DNA of 64,000 nucleotides. Origin: Minisyncoccota bacterium (lineage in GTDB: Bacteria > Patescibacteriota > Minisyncoccia > Phycocordibacterales > UBA9973). Position 1 is the stretch's first letter, and each line of letters starts with the position of its first letter. The notes under the pieces were generated by a model. It was not told where the DNA came from, ran no database searches, and saw only the letters and a list, made by a program, of their open reading frames with translations. Location: contig JBAZOQ010000001.1 of assembly GCA_041648595.1 (NCBI GenBank), forward strand, positions 14,002-78,001. Reading direction: 5' to 3'. This document shows positions 34,478 through 43,799 of the stretch, piece by piece. The translations under genes and the position numbers were made by a program.

Positions 34478-35941
34478 ATGTCTTCAATTGATGAAATTAG
34501 GGACACAAAAATAAAAAAACTTGAACTTTTAAAAAAGAAGGGTATTAATCCTTATCCAGCTGTTTCAAAAAGAGAATTTTCTTTAAAAGAGGCTATTGAT
34601 GGTTTTGATAATTTAGAAAAGGAGGGTGTCTCTAAATGGATTGGAGGTAGAATAATGTCCATAAGAGGACAAGGTGCTATCATTTTTGTTACATTGTATG
34701 ATGGTACAGCTTTTTTTCAAGGCTTATTGAAAAAAGATATTATTGGGGATGAAAAGTTTGATTTTTTTACTGAAGTAATTGATATTGGAGATTTTATTGA
34801 AATTCTTGGTACTTTTTTTACTACAAAGAGAGGAGAAAAAACGGTTGAGGTGAAAAATTGGAATATTTTATCAAAAAGCTTGCGTCCGTTGCCAGAAAAG
34901 TGGCATGGACTTCAAGACGTTGAAGAAAGATTTAGAAAAAGATATTTAGATATATTAATGGATCCTGAAGTAAAAGAACTTCTTTTTAAAAAAACAAAAT
35001 TCTGGGACACTTCTCGTACTTTTATGAAAGAGCATGGATTTTTGGAAGTGGAGACCCCAAGTCTTGAGGTGACGACAGGTGGTGCTGAAGCGACTCCTTT
35101 TAAAACATATAATGAAGATTTTAAATTGCCTTTGTATTTGAGAATTTCTATTGGTGAGCTTTGGCAGAAACGTTTAATGGCTGCAGGATTTCCAAAAACT
35201 TTTGAAATAGGTAGAGCATATAGGAATGAAGGTTCTGATGCAAATCATTTGCAGGAATTTACTAATTTAGAATTTTACTGGGCTTATGCAAATTATGAAG
35301 ATGGTATGATTCTCGCAGAAGAACTTTATAAAAAAATAGCGATAGATGTCTTTGGAAAAACTGATTTTGAAACAAGAGGACATAAGTTTGATTTAGGGGG
35401 AAAATGGGGACGTATTGATTATAGAGAGACAGTAAAAAAAGAAACAGGTATAGATGTACTTCTAACTACATATGATGAAGTAAAAAAGAAATTAGAAGAT
35501 TTAAAAATTGTTTATGATGGGAATACAATGGAACGTTTAGTAGATACTCTTTGGAAACATTGTAGAAAACAAATTTCTGGGCCTGTTTTTTTGATTGGGC
35601 ACCCAAAACTCGTTTCTCCACTTTCAAAATCAATGGAGAAGAATTCTCTATTAACAGAAAGATTCCAAATAATTATCGCAGGAAATGAAGTTGGTAATGG
35701 CTTTTCAGAATTGAATGATCCGATAGATCAAGCAGAAAGATTCGAAGCTCAACAAGAACTTTTGAAATCAGGGGATAAAGAGGCAATGATGCCTGATATG
35801 GAATTCGTTGAAATGCTTGAATACGGCATGCCTCCTACTTGTGGTTTTGGTTTTGGAGAAATGTTGTTTGCCTTTTTAGCAGATAAACCTATTCGTGAAG
35901 TTCAATTTTTTCCATTAATGCGTCCTAAAAAAGAAGAATAA
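34478..35941 (+). CDS. lysS: Lysyl-tRNA synthetase (class II).
   Basis: Anticodon-binding OB fold WIGGRIMSIRGQGAIIFVTL, motif 2 FEIGRAYRNEG, motif 3 region GFGFGEMLFAF. Confidence 0.85.
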   Translation: MSSIDEIRDTKIKKLELLKKKGINPYPAVSKREFSLKEAIDGFDNLEKEGVSKWIGGRIMSIRGQGAIIFVTLYDGTAFFQGLLKKDIIGDEKFDFFTEVIDIGDFIEILGTFFTTKRGEKTVEVKNWNILSKSLRPLPEKWHGLQDVEERFRKRYLDILMDPEVKELLFKKTKFWDTSRTFMKEHGFLEVETPSLEVTTGGAEATPFKTYNEDFKLPLYLRISIGELWQKRLMAAGFPKTFEIGRAYRNEGSDANHLQEFTNLEFYWAYANYEDGMILAEELYKKIAIDVFGKTDFETRGHKFDLGGKWGRIDYRETVKKETGIDVLLTTYDEVKKKLEDLKIVYDGNTMERLVDTLWKHCRKQISGPVFLIGHPKLVSPLSKSMEKNSLLTERFQIIIAGNEVGNGFSELNDPIDQAERFEAQQELLKSGDKEAMMPDMEFVEMLEYGMPPTCGFGFGEMLFAFLADKPIREVQFFPLMRPKKEE

Positions 35942-35980
35942 AAAAACTCTCTACTATTTAATACGCATATAAAGCATATT

Positions 35981-36220
35981 TTATAATAAAGAGTAAAATG
36001 GACATTTTTTTTCTAGTAAAATTTTTTTTATTCTTTCGTCGCAATCCGCAGTAGAAAGAACAGATGTTAAAGGGTAATCTTTATCTATGTTTTTTTCACA
36101 TTTTTTACATAGAGAAATTTGACCATTTTTTTTATCATAATACCACTGTCTTGGGTATTTATAATAAACAACTAACAGGTTGTCTTTTTTTTGACAAATT
36201 TCTTCTTTTTTCTTTTTCAT
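35981..36220 (-). CDS. Hypothetical small Cys-containing protein (79 aa).
   Basis: ORF with CKKCEKN...CPFY. Weak evidence. Confidence 0.25.
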   Translation of the reverse strand: MKKKKEEICQKKDNLLVVYYKYPRQWYYDKKNGQISLCKKCEKNIDKDYPLTSVLSTADCDERIKKILLEKKCPFYSLL

Positions 36221-36325
36221 TTTTTATCTCAGTTTTTAAAAAATTAAAAAATATTTTTACAAATTTTTATATCTAATATACATGATACTCTTTTTACTTT
36301 TTAAAATCTAAAAGTTATCCACAAT

Positions 36326-36347
36326 TTGCGGAAGCAAGGCTTCCGCA
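36326..36347 (+). repeat. REP-1 palindrome TTGCGGAAGCAAGGCTTCCGCA, immediately upstream of the RAYT gene.
   Basis: Perfect 9-bp arms GCGGAAGC/GCTTCCGC around CAAGG. Confidence 0.75.
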
Positions 36348-36361
36348 GTACTATAGTTAGT

Positions 36362-37063
36362 ATGGCGTATAGAAAAGCATCTTTTGTAGAAGGAGAATTT
36401 TATCATATTTATAATAGAGGAAATAGTAAACAAAAAATATTTTTAGATAATCATGATTATGATCGTTTTATAAAATTATTATATCTTTGTAATTCAGAAT
36501 ATAGTATTGATTTTCGTGAAGATATAGTAAGACAGGGAATTAATGCTTGGGATTTTGATCGTGGTGAATCTATAGTTTCAATAGGTGCATGGGTATTAAT
36601 GCCAAATCATTTTCATTTATATTTAAATATAAATCCGCGGAAGCAAGGCTTCCGCAAAGTTCGTATTAATGAAATTACAGAATTTATGCACAAACTTTTG
36701 ACATCTTATTCGAAGTATTTTAATACAAAATATAAACGTACAGGAGGATTATTTGAAGGTAAATTTAAATCAGTTCATATAGAGGATGATAATCAAGCAA
36801 AATATCTTTTTTCTTATATTCATTTGAATCCAGTCAAACTTATAGATAGTAAATGGAAAGAAAATGGAATAAAAAATAAAAAACAAACAAAAGATTTTTT
36901 GAATAAATATATATGGTCAAGTTATTTAGATTATAAAGGAATTACTCGTTCCCCAAATAAAATTTTAAATAAAAAGGCATTTCCAGAATACTTTCGTAAT
37001 ATGAAAGATTTTGATTTTGAAATAGGGGAGTGGCTTAATTTTTCGGATTCTGACTTAAATTAA
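36362..37063 (+). CDS. IS200/IS605-family HUH Y1 transposase, REP-associated tyrosine transposase (RAYT)-like. It contains an in-frame REP-1 copy (PRKQGFRK).
   Basis: N-terminal FVEGEFYHIYNRGN, HUH motif MPNHFHLYL, catalytic Tyr region KYLFSYIHLNPVK. Flanked on both sides by REP-1 palindromes. ATG 36362 is preferred over the track's TTG start at 36326, which lies inside the REP. Confidence 0.75.
   Translation: MAYRKASFVEGEFYHIYNRGNSKQKIFLDNHDYDRFIKLLYLCNSEYSIDFREDIVRQGINAWDFDRGESIVSIGAWVLMPNHFHLYLNINPRKQGFRKVRINEITEFMHKLLTSYSKYFNTKYKRTGGLFEGKFKSVHIEDDNQAKYLFSYIHLNPVKLIDSKWKENGIKNKKQTKDFLNKYIWSSYLDYKGITRSPNKILNKKAFPEYFRNMKDFDFEIGEWLNFSDSDLN
36635..36657 (+). repeat. REP-1 palindrome CCGCGGAAGCAAGGCTTCCGCAA inserted in frame within the RAYT gene.
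   Basis: Translated as NPRKQGFRKV directly after the HUH motif. Confidence 0.7.
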
Positions 37064-37096
37064 AATCCAAAAGACCGTCTTTTGGGTAAAAAAAAA

Positions 37097-37119
37097 TTGC
37101 GGAAGCCAGGCTTCCGCAA
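37097..37119 (+). repeat. REP-1 palindrome TTGCGGAAGCCAGGCTTCCGCAA, immediately downstream of the RAYT gene.
   Basis: Read directly. Confidence 0.75.
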
Positions 37120-37444
37120 AATTTAACTTTTGTTGAAATAGAAATACACGTAGTAGAGTGCCAAAAATATGGCGAACAACAAAAAAGAAACTCCGGTACC
37201 TACCCACTGTAGGTTCCAGGCAAATATTATTCCTAAAAAGAACAGGAATAACTCAACAAAAATAAGGAGAATTGTTATCTCCTCTTTGAGGAGAATGTCT
37301 ATCTTCTCTTTTAATGTTTTCATTTTTTCTCCATTTTAATTTTTAATTCCATCAATAGTTTAACACAAAATTGACATAAAAGTCAATGTTTTTCAGTTTC
37401 GAGTTATCCACAGGTAGGGCTTGGCTTCTTTTTTGCTTGTGGTT

Positions 37445-37484
37445 TATAATGTTAATCAAGTGGGAAAAGGTGGGAAAAGTGTTA
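37445..37484 (+). promoter_or_regulatory. Putative Pmra region. TATAAT -10 box (37445-37450) followed by three direct repeats GTGGG / GTGGG / GTGTT spaced exactly 10 bp apart (37460, 37470, 37480), a candidate MraZ operator.
   Basis: AAGTGGGAAAAGGTGGGAAAAGTGTT read directly. MraZ is known to bind arrays of short direct repeats in its own promoter. Confidence 0.5.
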
Positions 37485-37505
37485 ATAACTTTTTTATATA
37501 AATTT

Positions 37506-37952
37506 ATGTTAATCGGCGAATACATACACACTATAGATGAAAAGAATAGAATTTCATTGCCTGTAAAATTCCGTAAGGAACTTGGCAAAAAAATTATTAT
37601 TACACCTGGGCTTGATCAATGTTTATTTATATTTACAGCAGTTGAATGGAAAAAGGTTTCAAAAAGACTTTCTGATTCAGATTCTGATTTATCTTTTTTG
37701 AAAGCTGACAAGAGAAGTTTTAATAGATTTATGTTTGGACGAGCAGCAGAAGTGGAAGTGGATACTATTGGAAGAATTTTAATTCCTGATTTTTTGAAAG
37801 AAAGAATTGGCCTTGCTGGTAAAGCAGCGATAATAGGAGTAGAAGACAGAGTTGAAATTTGGAATGATAAAACATGGATGCAATACAGAGATGTTGTGGA
37901 AAAACAAGCAGATCAATTAGCAGAGAAGTTGGGACAAAAAGATGATGATTAA
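37506..37952 (+). CDS. mraZ: Transcriptional regulator MraZ.
   Basis: MLIGEYIHTIDEKNRISLPVKFRKEL and a second SpoVT/AbrB-like repeat GRAAEVEVDTIGRILIPDFL. The track's extended N-terminus from 37386 is probably untranslated leader. Confidence 0.85.
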   Translation: MLIGEYIHTIDEKNRISLPVKFRKELGKKIIITPGLDQCLFIFTAVEWKKVSKRLSDSDSDLSFLKADKRSFNRFMFGRAAEVEVDTIGRILIPDFLKERIGLAGKAAIIGVEDRVEIWNDKTWMQYRDVVEKQADQLAEKLGQKDDD

Positions 37953-38874
37953 TGAGGCAGGGGAGAGTATACACAAGACAGTTCTTTTAAATGAAACAAT
38001 AGAAGGTTTAGGGCTCTCCAGAAGCCAGGCTTTGGGGATTTCTAAAAGCATGGCTTCAGAAAAGATTATTCTTGATGCGACATTTGGTGGTGGTGGACAT
38101 TCTAGAGAAATTTTAGAAAGATATCCTGAAATAAAAATAGTTGCACTAGATCAAGATAAAGATACTTGGAAAAAAGCAGAAAATAAATTTAAAGGTTTAG
38201 AAAAAAGAATATCATTTTTAAATATTAATTTTAGAGATATTAAAGAAGATGATAAATTTGATGGAATTATTTTTGATTTAGGTTTGAGTTCTGATCAGTT
38301 AGAAAATTCTGGACGAGGATTTTCTTTTATAAAAGATGAGCCATTGCTCATGACTATGAAAGAAAATCCTCTGCCAGAAGATCTTACAGCCATAGACATA
38401 GTAAATGGTTGGAGTGAAAAAAGTTTGGCAGATATTATTTATGGTTATGGTGAAGAAAGATTTTCTAGGAGAATAGCGAAGGGTATAGTAGAAGCAAGAA
38501 AAAAAAATAGAATTGAGAGGACGACAGATTTGGTAAAAATAATTAGTGAAAGTGTTCCATCGACATACAGAAAACAAAGGTTACATTTTGCCACAAGAAC
38601 ATTTCAAGCATTACGTATAGCAGTAAATGATGAATTAGGTGCTCTTCAAATAGGACTGGAAAAAGGATTGAAAATTTTAAATAAAGGAGGAAGGATGGCA
38701 GTAATTTCTTTTCATAGTTTAGAAGATAGAATTGTTAAAAGATTTTTTAAAGAAAAAGAAAGAAACGGAGAAGTATTTTTAATAAACAAGAGACCAATAA
38801 TAGCAGGAGAAAAAGAAATAAAAAATAATGCGAGATCAAGAAGTGCAAAATTACGAATTTTAGAAAAAATTTAA
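37942..38874 (+). CDS. rsmH: 16S rRNA (cytosine1402-N4)-methyltransferase RsmH (MraW).
   Basis: HKTVLLNE...DATFGGGGHS SAM-binding N-terminus and conserved C-terminal region. Confidence 0.85.
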   Translation: MMINEAGESIHKTVLLNETIEGLGLSRSQALGISKSMASEKIILDATFGGGGHSREILERYPEIKIVALDQDKDTWKKAENKFKGLEKRISFLNINFRDIKEDDKFDGIIFDLGLSSDQLENSGRGFSFIKDEPLLMTMKENPLPEDLTAIDIVNGWSEKSLADIIYGYGEERFSRRIAKGIVEARKKNRIERTTDLVKIISESVPSTYRKQRLHFATRTFQALRIAVNDELGALQIGLEKGLKILNKGGRMAVISFHSLEDRIVKRFFKEKERNGEVFLINKRPIIAGEKEIKNNARSRSAKLRILEKI

Positions 38875-38941
38875 TCCGCCAAAATTTTTCACAAGATTAA
38901 GGCGAGACATTTAAAAATATAATATTAAAAATTTAGGTGGA
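38875..38941 (+). mobile_element. MITE-like TIR element, family 2 copy 1 (67 bp). TIRs are TCCGCCAAAATTTTT / AAAAATTTAGGTGGA. Flanked by TAA direct repeat (the 5' copy is the rsmH stop). The 3' TIR provides the AGGTGGA Shine-Dalgarno about 6 nt upstream of ftsL ATG 38947.
   Basis: Read directly. Confidence 0.55.
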
Positions 38942-38946
38942 TAAAT

Positions 38947-39300
38947 ATGAAAGAAGTAAGTTTAAAATTAAAGAGTTTTGCAGGTAATGTAAATATCATT
39001 GATAATGGTAATTTACAAAGGAGGATTTTATATACGATGCTTTATGTGCTTGCAGGACTTGCTTTTTTCTATGTTTTTCTTTTAGGAAATATGATTTTTA
39101 ATATTGTAGAACGAAAAACACTTGAAAGTCATGCTTTAACATTACAGAACGAAGTTGGTAATCTAGAATTAGAATACCTTTCTTTGTCTCAAAAAGTAGA
39201 TCTTAATCTTGCATATTCTTTAGGTTTTAAAGAAACAAAAACGAAATTTGCAACACGAAAAGCTCTTGGTAGTATAAGTATCGCTAAAAATGAAATCTAG
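38947..39300 (+). CDS. ftsL: Cell division protein FtsL-like (single TM plus coiled coil).
   Basis: Position between rsmH and ftsI. TM helix LYVLAGLAFFYVFLLG followed by a coiled coil. Confidence 0.55.
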   Translation: MKEVSLKLKSFAGNVNIIDNGNLQRRILYTMLYVLAGLAFFYVFLLGNMIFNIVERKTLESHALTLQNEVGNLELEYLSLSQKVDLNLAYSLGFKETKTKFATRKALGSISIAKNEI

Positions 39301-40999
39301 TTTTATTTTAAGGAATAGAATTATATTTTTTTGTATCTTTATTTTTGCTCTTATATTGATAGGAAAGCTTTTTTTAGTACAAGTTGTTCATAGTAACGAT
39401 TATTCTCTACGTGCTGATAGACAATATTCTACGCCATCTTCAAATATTTTTGAACGTGGAACTATTTATTTTTCACGCAAAGATGATCAACTTGTTTCTG
39501 CTGCTATGCAGACTACAGGATTTAAAGTAGCAATTAACCCAATAAAAGTACTCGATAAAGAATTAACTTATCAAGAATTATCAAAAGTTATAAAAATAGA
39601 CCACGATGAGTATTTAATAAAGGCTAATAAAGAAAATGATCCTTATGAAGAGATAGCGACCCATCTTTCAAAAGAGCAAGCTGATGCTATATCTCTTTTG
39701 AAAATTCCTGGTTTATCTATTTATAAAGAGAAATGGCGTTTTTATCCTGGAAGTAATTTAGCAGCACAGTCATTGGGTTTCGTAGCTTATAATAATAATG
39801 ATCTTGCTGGACGTTATGGGCTTGAAAGACAATATAATGATTTACTTTCTAGAAATAAAAATAATCCATATGTAAATTTTTTTGCTGAAGTTTTTTCTAA
39901 TATTAATAAAACATTATTTAGTGATGATACAAAAGAAGGAGATATTGTAACGACGATAGAACCGAATGTTCAAAGTTTCTTGGAAGACACACTAGAGAGT
40001 GTTAAAGAAAAATATCAAATTGACTCTATTGGTGGAATAATAATGAATCCTACTGATGGTTCTATTTATGCACTTTCCAGTAAGCCGGATTTTGATTTAA
40101 ATGATTTTTCGGAAGTTAAAACTTCTACTTTTTCTAATCCATTAGTAGAAAATGTTTTTGAATTTGGATCTGTAGTAAAACCTTTAGTAGTAGCAGGAGC
40201 ATTAGATGCAGGTGTAATTAAGGCAGATACGACATATAATGATAACGGATCAGTAGTCGTTGAGAAACATACAATATCTAACTTTGATAAACAAGCTAGA
40301 GGACCTGGTACAACAATGCAAGATGTTTTAACACAATCATTGAATACTGGAATGGTTTTTATAGAGCAAAAATTAGGTAAAGAAAAATTACGTGATTATT
40401 TATTATCTTTTGGTATAAAAGATAAGACAGGTATTGATTTGCCAAATGAAACGAGTGGTTTAGTTTCTAATATAATGACTAGTCCTCGTGAGATTGAATA
40501 TGCGAATGCTGCTTTTGGACAAGGTATAGCTATGACTCCAATAGAATTAGTGCGAGCGTTGGCATCATTATCAAATGGTGGAAAATTGGTTACACCACAT
40601 CTTGTTAAAACTATAAAATATGATGATGGTACAGAGAAAAATATTGTATATGAAACAAAACCTGTAAAAATATCTGAAGCGACTAGTACGGAGATTACGC
40701 GTATGCTTGTAAATGTTATGGATCAAGACAAGATAGGAAATGGAGAACTGGAACATTATAGTGTTGCAATAAAAACTGGTACTGCACAAGTTGCAGATAA
40801 AGAAACAGGCGGGTATTATGATGATAGGCATATGCATTCTTTTTTTGGATATTTTCCAGCTTATGAGCCTAAGTTTATTGTTTTTCTTTATGCAATAAAT
40901 CCTAAAGGTGTGCTTTATTCAATTCAGACATGGGCAGATCCTTTTGTTAGTGTTGCAAAATTTTTAGTTAATTATTATGAAGTTCCACCTGACAGATAA
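39290..40999 (+). CDS. ftsI: Penicillin-binding protein transpeptidase (FtsI/PBP2-type).
   Basis: SxxK (GSVVKP), SxN (SLNTG), KTG (KTGTA). N-terminal TM anchor. Confidence 0.85.
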   Translation: MKSSFILRNRIIFFCIFIFALILIGKLFLVQVVHSNDYSLRADRQYSTPSSNIFERGTIYFSRKDDQLVSAAMQTTGFKVAINPIKVLDKELTYQELSKVIKIDHDEYLIKANKENDPYEEIATHLSKEQADAISLLKIPGLSIYKEKWRFYPGSNLAAQSLGFVAYNNNDLAGRYGLERQYNDLLSRNKNNPYVNFFAEVFSNINKTLFSDDTKEGDIVTTIEPNVQSFLEDTLESVKEKYQIDSIGGIIMNPTDGSIYALSSKPDFDLNDFSEVKTSTFSNPLVENVFEFGSVVKPLVVAGALDAGVIKADTTYNDNGSVVVEKHTISNFDKQARGPGTTMQDVLTQSLNTGMVFIEQKLGKEKLRDYLLSFGIKDKTGIDLPNETSGLVSNIMTSPREIEYANAAFGQGIAMTPIELVRALASLSNGGKLVTPHLVKTIKYDDGTEKNIVYETKPVKISEATSTEITRMLVNVMDQDKIGNGELEHYSVAIKTGTAQVADKETGGYYDDRHMHSFFGYFPAYEPKFIVFLYAINPKGVLYSIQTWADPFVSVAKFLVNYYEVPPDR

Positions 41000-41007
41000 A
41001 AGATGAA

Positions 41008-41113
41008 TCCACCAAAATTTTTTAACAGAGAAATATTATAAATTAATTTATTTTTTTATATCAATCATATAATCTTTTAATAGATAAGTAGGTTAGGTAT
41101 AAAATTTAGGCGG
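41008..41113 (+). mobile_element. MITE-like TIR element, family 2 copy 2 (106 bp). TIRs are TCCACCAAAATTTTTT / AAAATTTAGGCGG. Flanked by direct repeat ATGAA (41003-41007 and 41114-41118, the latter being the murF start).
   Basis: Read directly. Confidence 0.55.
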
Positions 41114-42409
41114 ATGAAAACAATTTTTAAAAAAATAATAGTATACATATTACAAATAGAATCACGATTGGTTCTTTGGAAATATAAACCCAAAATTGTA
41201 TCTATTACTGGATCAGTGGGTAAAACTTCTACAAAAGATGCAGTTTTTGCTGTTATTTCTCTCATTTCTTATGTTCGTAAAAGTGAAAAAAGTTATAACA
41301 GTGAAATAGGATTACCTCTAACGATATTGGGGTGTCCTAATGGATGGAATAATCCTTTTATGTGGTTTTTAAATATATTAAAGGGGTTTTGGCTTTTTGT
41401 TTGGCCACATAAATATCCTAAATGGTTAGTGCTTGAGGTTGGTATTGGTAAACCAGGTGATATGCATCGTACTGCTTCTTGGCTTCAAAGTGATGTAGTG
41501 ATAATTACAGCAATAGGAGATACTCCATCACACATTGAATTTTTTGAATCACGTAAACATTTAATAGAAGAAAAGAGTAGGCTTATAAAAACTTTGAAAA
41601 AAGATGGACTTTTAATATTGAATAATGATGATGAGACAGTATCTGAAATGAGAGAAAAAATAAAGAACATTGTTGTGACTTTTGGTTTTAAAGAAGGTTC
41701 TAATATAAGAGCATCAGAAGATAGTATTTTATATACAGAAGATGAGATACCAGAAGGTTTGATTTTTAGAATAGACGAAGATGGTAATAGTTTGCCGGTG
41801 ACTATAGAAGGAGTATTTGGTAGAAATCACATATATGCTTCACTTGGTGCTCTTGCTCTTTCTTCCGGTTTGAAATTTAATATGCTTGATTCTATTAATA
41901 GACTTAAAAATTATAGTGTCCCACCTGGACGTATGCGTCTTTTGGATGGTATAAATGATTCTCTTATAATAGATGATACTTATAATTCTTCTCCTTATGC
42001 TTGTGAATTTGCCCTTAAAACTTTGAAAGAGGTGAAATTAATAGGTAGAAAGATTGCTATTTTAGGAGATATGTTAGAGCTTGGTCGTCACACAGAAGAA
42101 GCGCATAAAAATATTGGTAAAATTGCAAAAGAAAATTCTGACATACTTATTGTAGTAGGACTTAGAGCTAAAAAAATAAAAGAAGGTGCGAAAGAAGCTG
42201 GAATGAACGATATGAATATTTTTGAATTTTTGAATTCACACGAAGTAGGAAAGTTTCTAAAAACATTTGTACAAAAAAATGATCTTGTTCTTATTAAAGG
42301 TTCACAAGGAATGAGAATGGAGAGGGTAGTAGAATCTATATTGAAAGATAAAAAAAATAAGTATCAACTTCTTGTTCGTCAAGACGAAGAGTGGAAAAAG
42401 AAGAAATAA
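41114..42409 (+). CDS. murF: UDP-N-acetylmuramoyl-tripeptide--D-alanyl-D-alanine ligase.
   Basis: ITGSVGKTSTKD P-loop and Mur ligase central and C-terminal domains. Confidence 0.8.
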   Translation: MKTIFKKIIVYILQIESRLVLWKYKPKIVSITGSVGKTSTKDAVFAVISLISYVRKSEKSYNSEIGLPLTILGCPNGWNNPFMWFLNILKGFWLFVWPHKYPKWLVLEVGIGKPGDMHRTASWLQSDVVIITAIGDTPSHIEFFESRKHLIEEKSRLIKTLKKDGLLILNNDDETVSEMREKIKNIVVTFGFKEGSNIRASEDSILYTEDEIPEGLIFRIDEDGNSLPVTIEGVFGRNHIYASLGALALSSGLKFNMLDSINRLKNYSVPPGRMRLLDGINDSLIIDDTYNSSPYACEFALKTLKEVKLIGRKIAILGDMLELGRHTEEAHKNIGKIAKENSDILIVVGLRAKKIKEGAKEAGMNDMNIFEFLNSHEVGKFLKTFVQKNDLVLIKGSQGMRMERVVESILKDKKNKYQLLVRQDEEWKKKK

Positions 42410-42414
42410 AAATT

Positions 42415-42441
42415 GGCGGAACACAATGTCCGCCTTTTTTA
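42415..42441 (+). terminator. Rho-independent terminator after murF (GGCGGA-acacaatg-TCCGCC-TTTTTT).
   Basis: Perfect 6-bp GC stem plus T run. Confidence 0.75.
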
Positions 42442-42721
42442 AAATTCTTCAAATTTATCTAAAATTTTTTTATAGAAATTTGTTTTAAAAACAAATTTTT
42501 CTGTCAGGAATGCAATTCCTAAAAAAATTATTAAAGCACTAAAAATATAAATAGCAAGAACAAAATCTCCGTAACTCATCTTGAACTCCTTTTTGTTGAT
42601 AAATCTTATACAAGTATAGCATATTGTTATCTATTTGTCAAGTATTCTAAGTTTGTAAAAAAATAACTCTTGTGTTATAATTAAAACAGAAATAAAGTAA
42701 TTTTTTTAAAAAGGAGAAAAA

Positions 42722-43153
42722 ATGAAAAATGTTCTTTATGTGATTAATCACGTAGAAATTATTTTTTGTTTCAATTTAGTTTTTTCCTTTTTGGGAATAA
42801 TTATTTTGAAGAAAAGACGAATTTATAAAAATTATGCCTCTTATATAATCCTTACTAGATTAATAATAATATTGATTTTTATTAATTTTATAATAATTTT
42901 TACACACATTGAAGTTTCAAATCAAATAGGAGAAAAGATGCATCTTTTGAATTCAATTCTTGGATCTATTAAAATTGAATTTTTTGGTTTTTTGATGTCT
43001 TTTATATTATTAATTTCTTTTATAGAGATTTTTTACAAACCAGAAGATTCATTTTATATAAAATTTCTTGTAATTATGTTCGCTGTTTTTTTTGTAAGTA
43101 CAGCAATAATAACCATAGTGTTGTATGTTTTAAATATACTAGTACCAACATAA
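42722..43153 (+). CDS. Hypothetical polytopic membrane protein (143 aa, Phe/Ile-rich).
   Basis: ORF of hydrophobic stretches only. No recognisable motif. Confidence 0.35.
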   Translation: MKNVLYVINHVEIIFCFNLVFSFLGIIILKKRRIYKNYASYIILTRLIIILIFINFIIIFTHIEVSNQIGEKMHLLNSILGSIKIEFFGFLMSFILLISFIEIFYKPEDSFYIKFLVIMFAVFFVSTAIITIVLYVLNILVPT

Positions 43154-43168
43154 TATGTTGGTACTTTT

Positions 43169-43633
43169 TTATAAACTAGGATTAATTAAGTTTGCTATTA
43201 TTAACACTATTCCAGCACCCAGGAGACATCCTGCCATTTTTCCTATAGATGAGCCAAGCATTGTACGTTCTTCTGATATTTTGCTTTCCCTTAATCTTTC
43301 TGCCATATGACCCTCAAAAACACCTGCTATGCCATCTGTAATAGCATTTCCGACGACTCCACCAATGATTGCACCAGCTATACCAGCTATTGATCCTCCA
43401 ATGATTGCCAAAATAGCTAAAATACCATTATCAATTATACCAAATATAATGTCTGGCCAGACATTTTTTATTGTAATTTTAAAAAACTCTAAAGAAACAA
43501 GACATAAAAATCCTAAGGTTAATATAACCCAACCAATAATCTTTACATCATAAATAAAAAAAGCACTTATTAAAAATATAATAATACACAAAGTAGCAAC
43601 TTTTATCATTGCTATAATAAATTTTTTATTCAT
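43169..43633 (-). CDS. Hypothetical membrane protein with glycine-zipper segment (GGSIAGIAGAIIGGVVGNAITDGIAGV).
   Basis: ORF with two N-terminal TM helices and a Gly-zipper. Confidence 0.4.
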   Translation of the reverse strand: MNKKFIIAMIKVATLCIIIFLISAFFIYDVKIIGWVILTLGFLCLVSLEFFKITIKNVWPDIIFGIIDNGILAILAIIGGSIAGIAGAIIGGVVGNAITDGIAGVFEGHMAERLRESKISEERTMLGSSIGKMAGCLLGAGIVLIIANLINPSL

Positions 43634-43697
43634 TCATATATTATACTTTAAAATAAAAAAATAGCCCCATAAGGACTATTTTAAGTGTCTATTCAGC

Positions 43698-43799
43698 TGG
43701 TGTTGCTTCAGGAGTTGGAGTTTCTGGAGTTGTAGGACAAGTACATGGTTCATTTCCACATACAGGACATTTTGTTTTTACTTCGTCCATAATTTGCGT
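43698..43799 (-). CDS. Possible 33-aa Cys-rich small peptide MDEVKTKCPVCGNEPCTCPTTPETPTPEATPAE.
   Basis: Short ORF not in the track. CPVC...CTC metal-binding-like spacing plus a Pro/Thr-rich tail. It lies between two membrane-protein genes. Confidence 0.25.
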
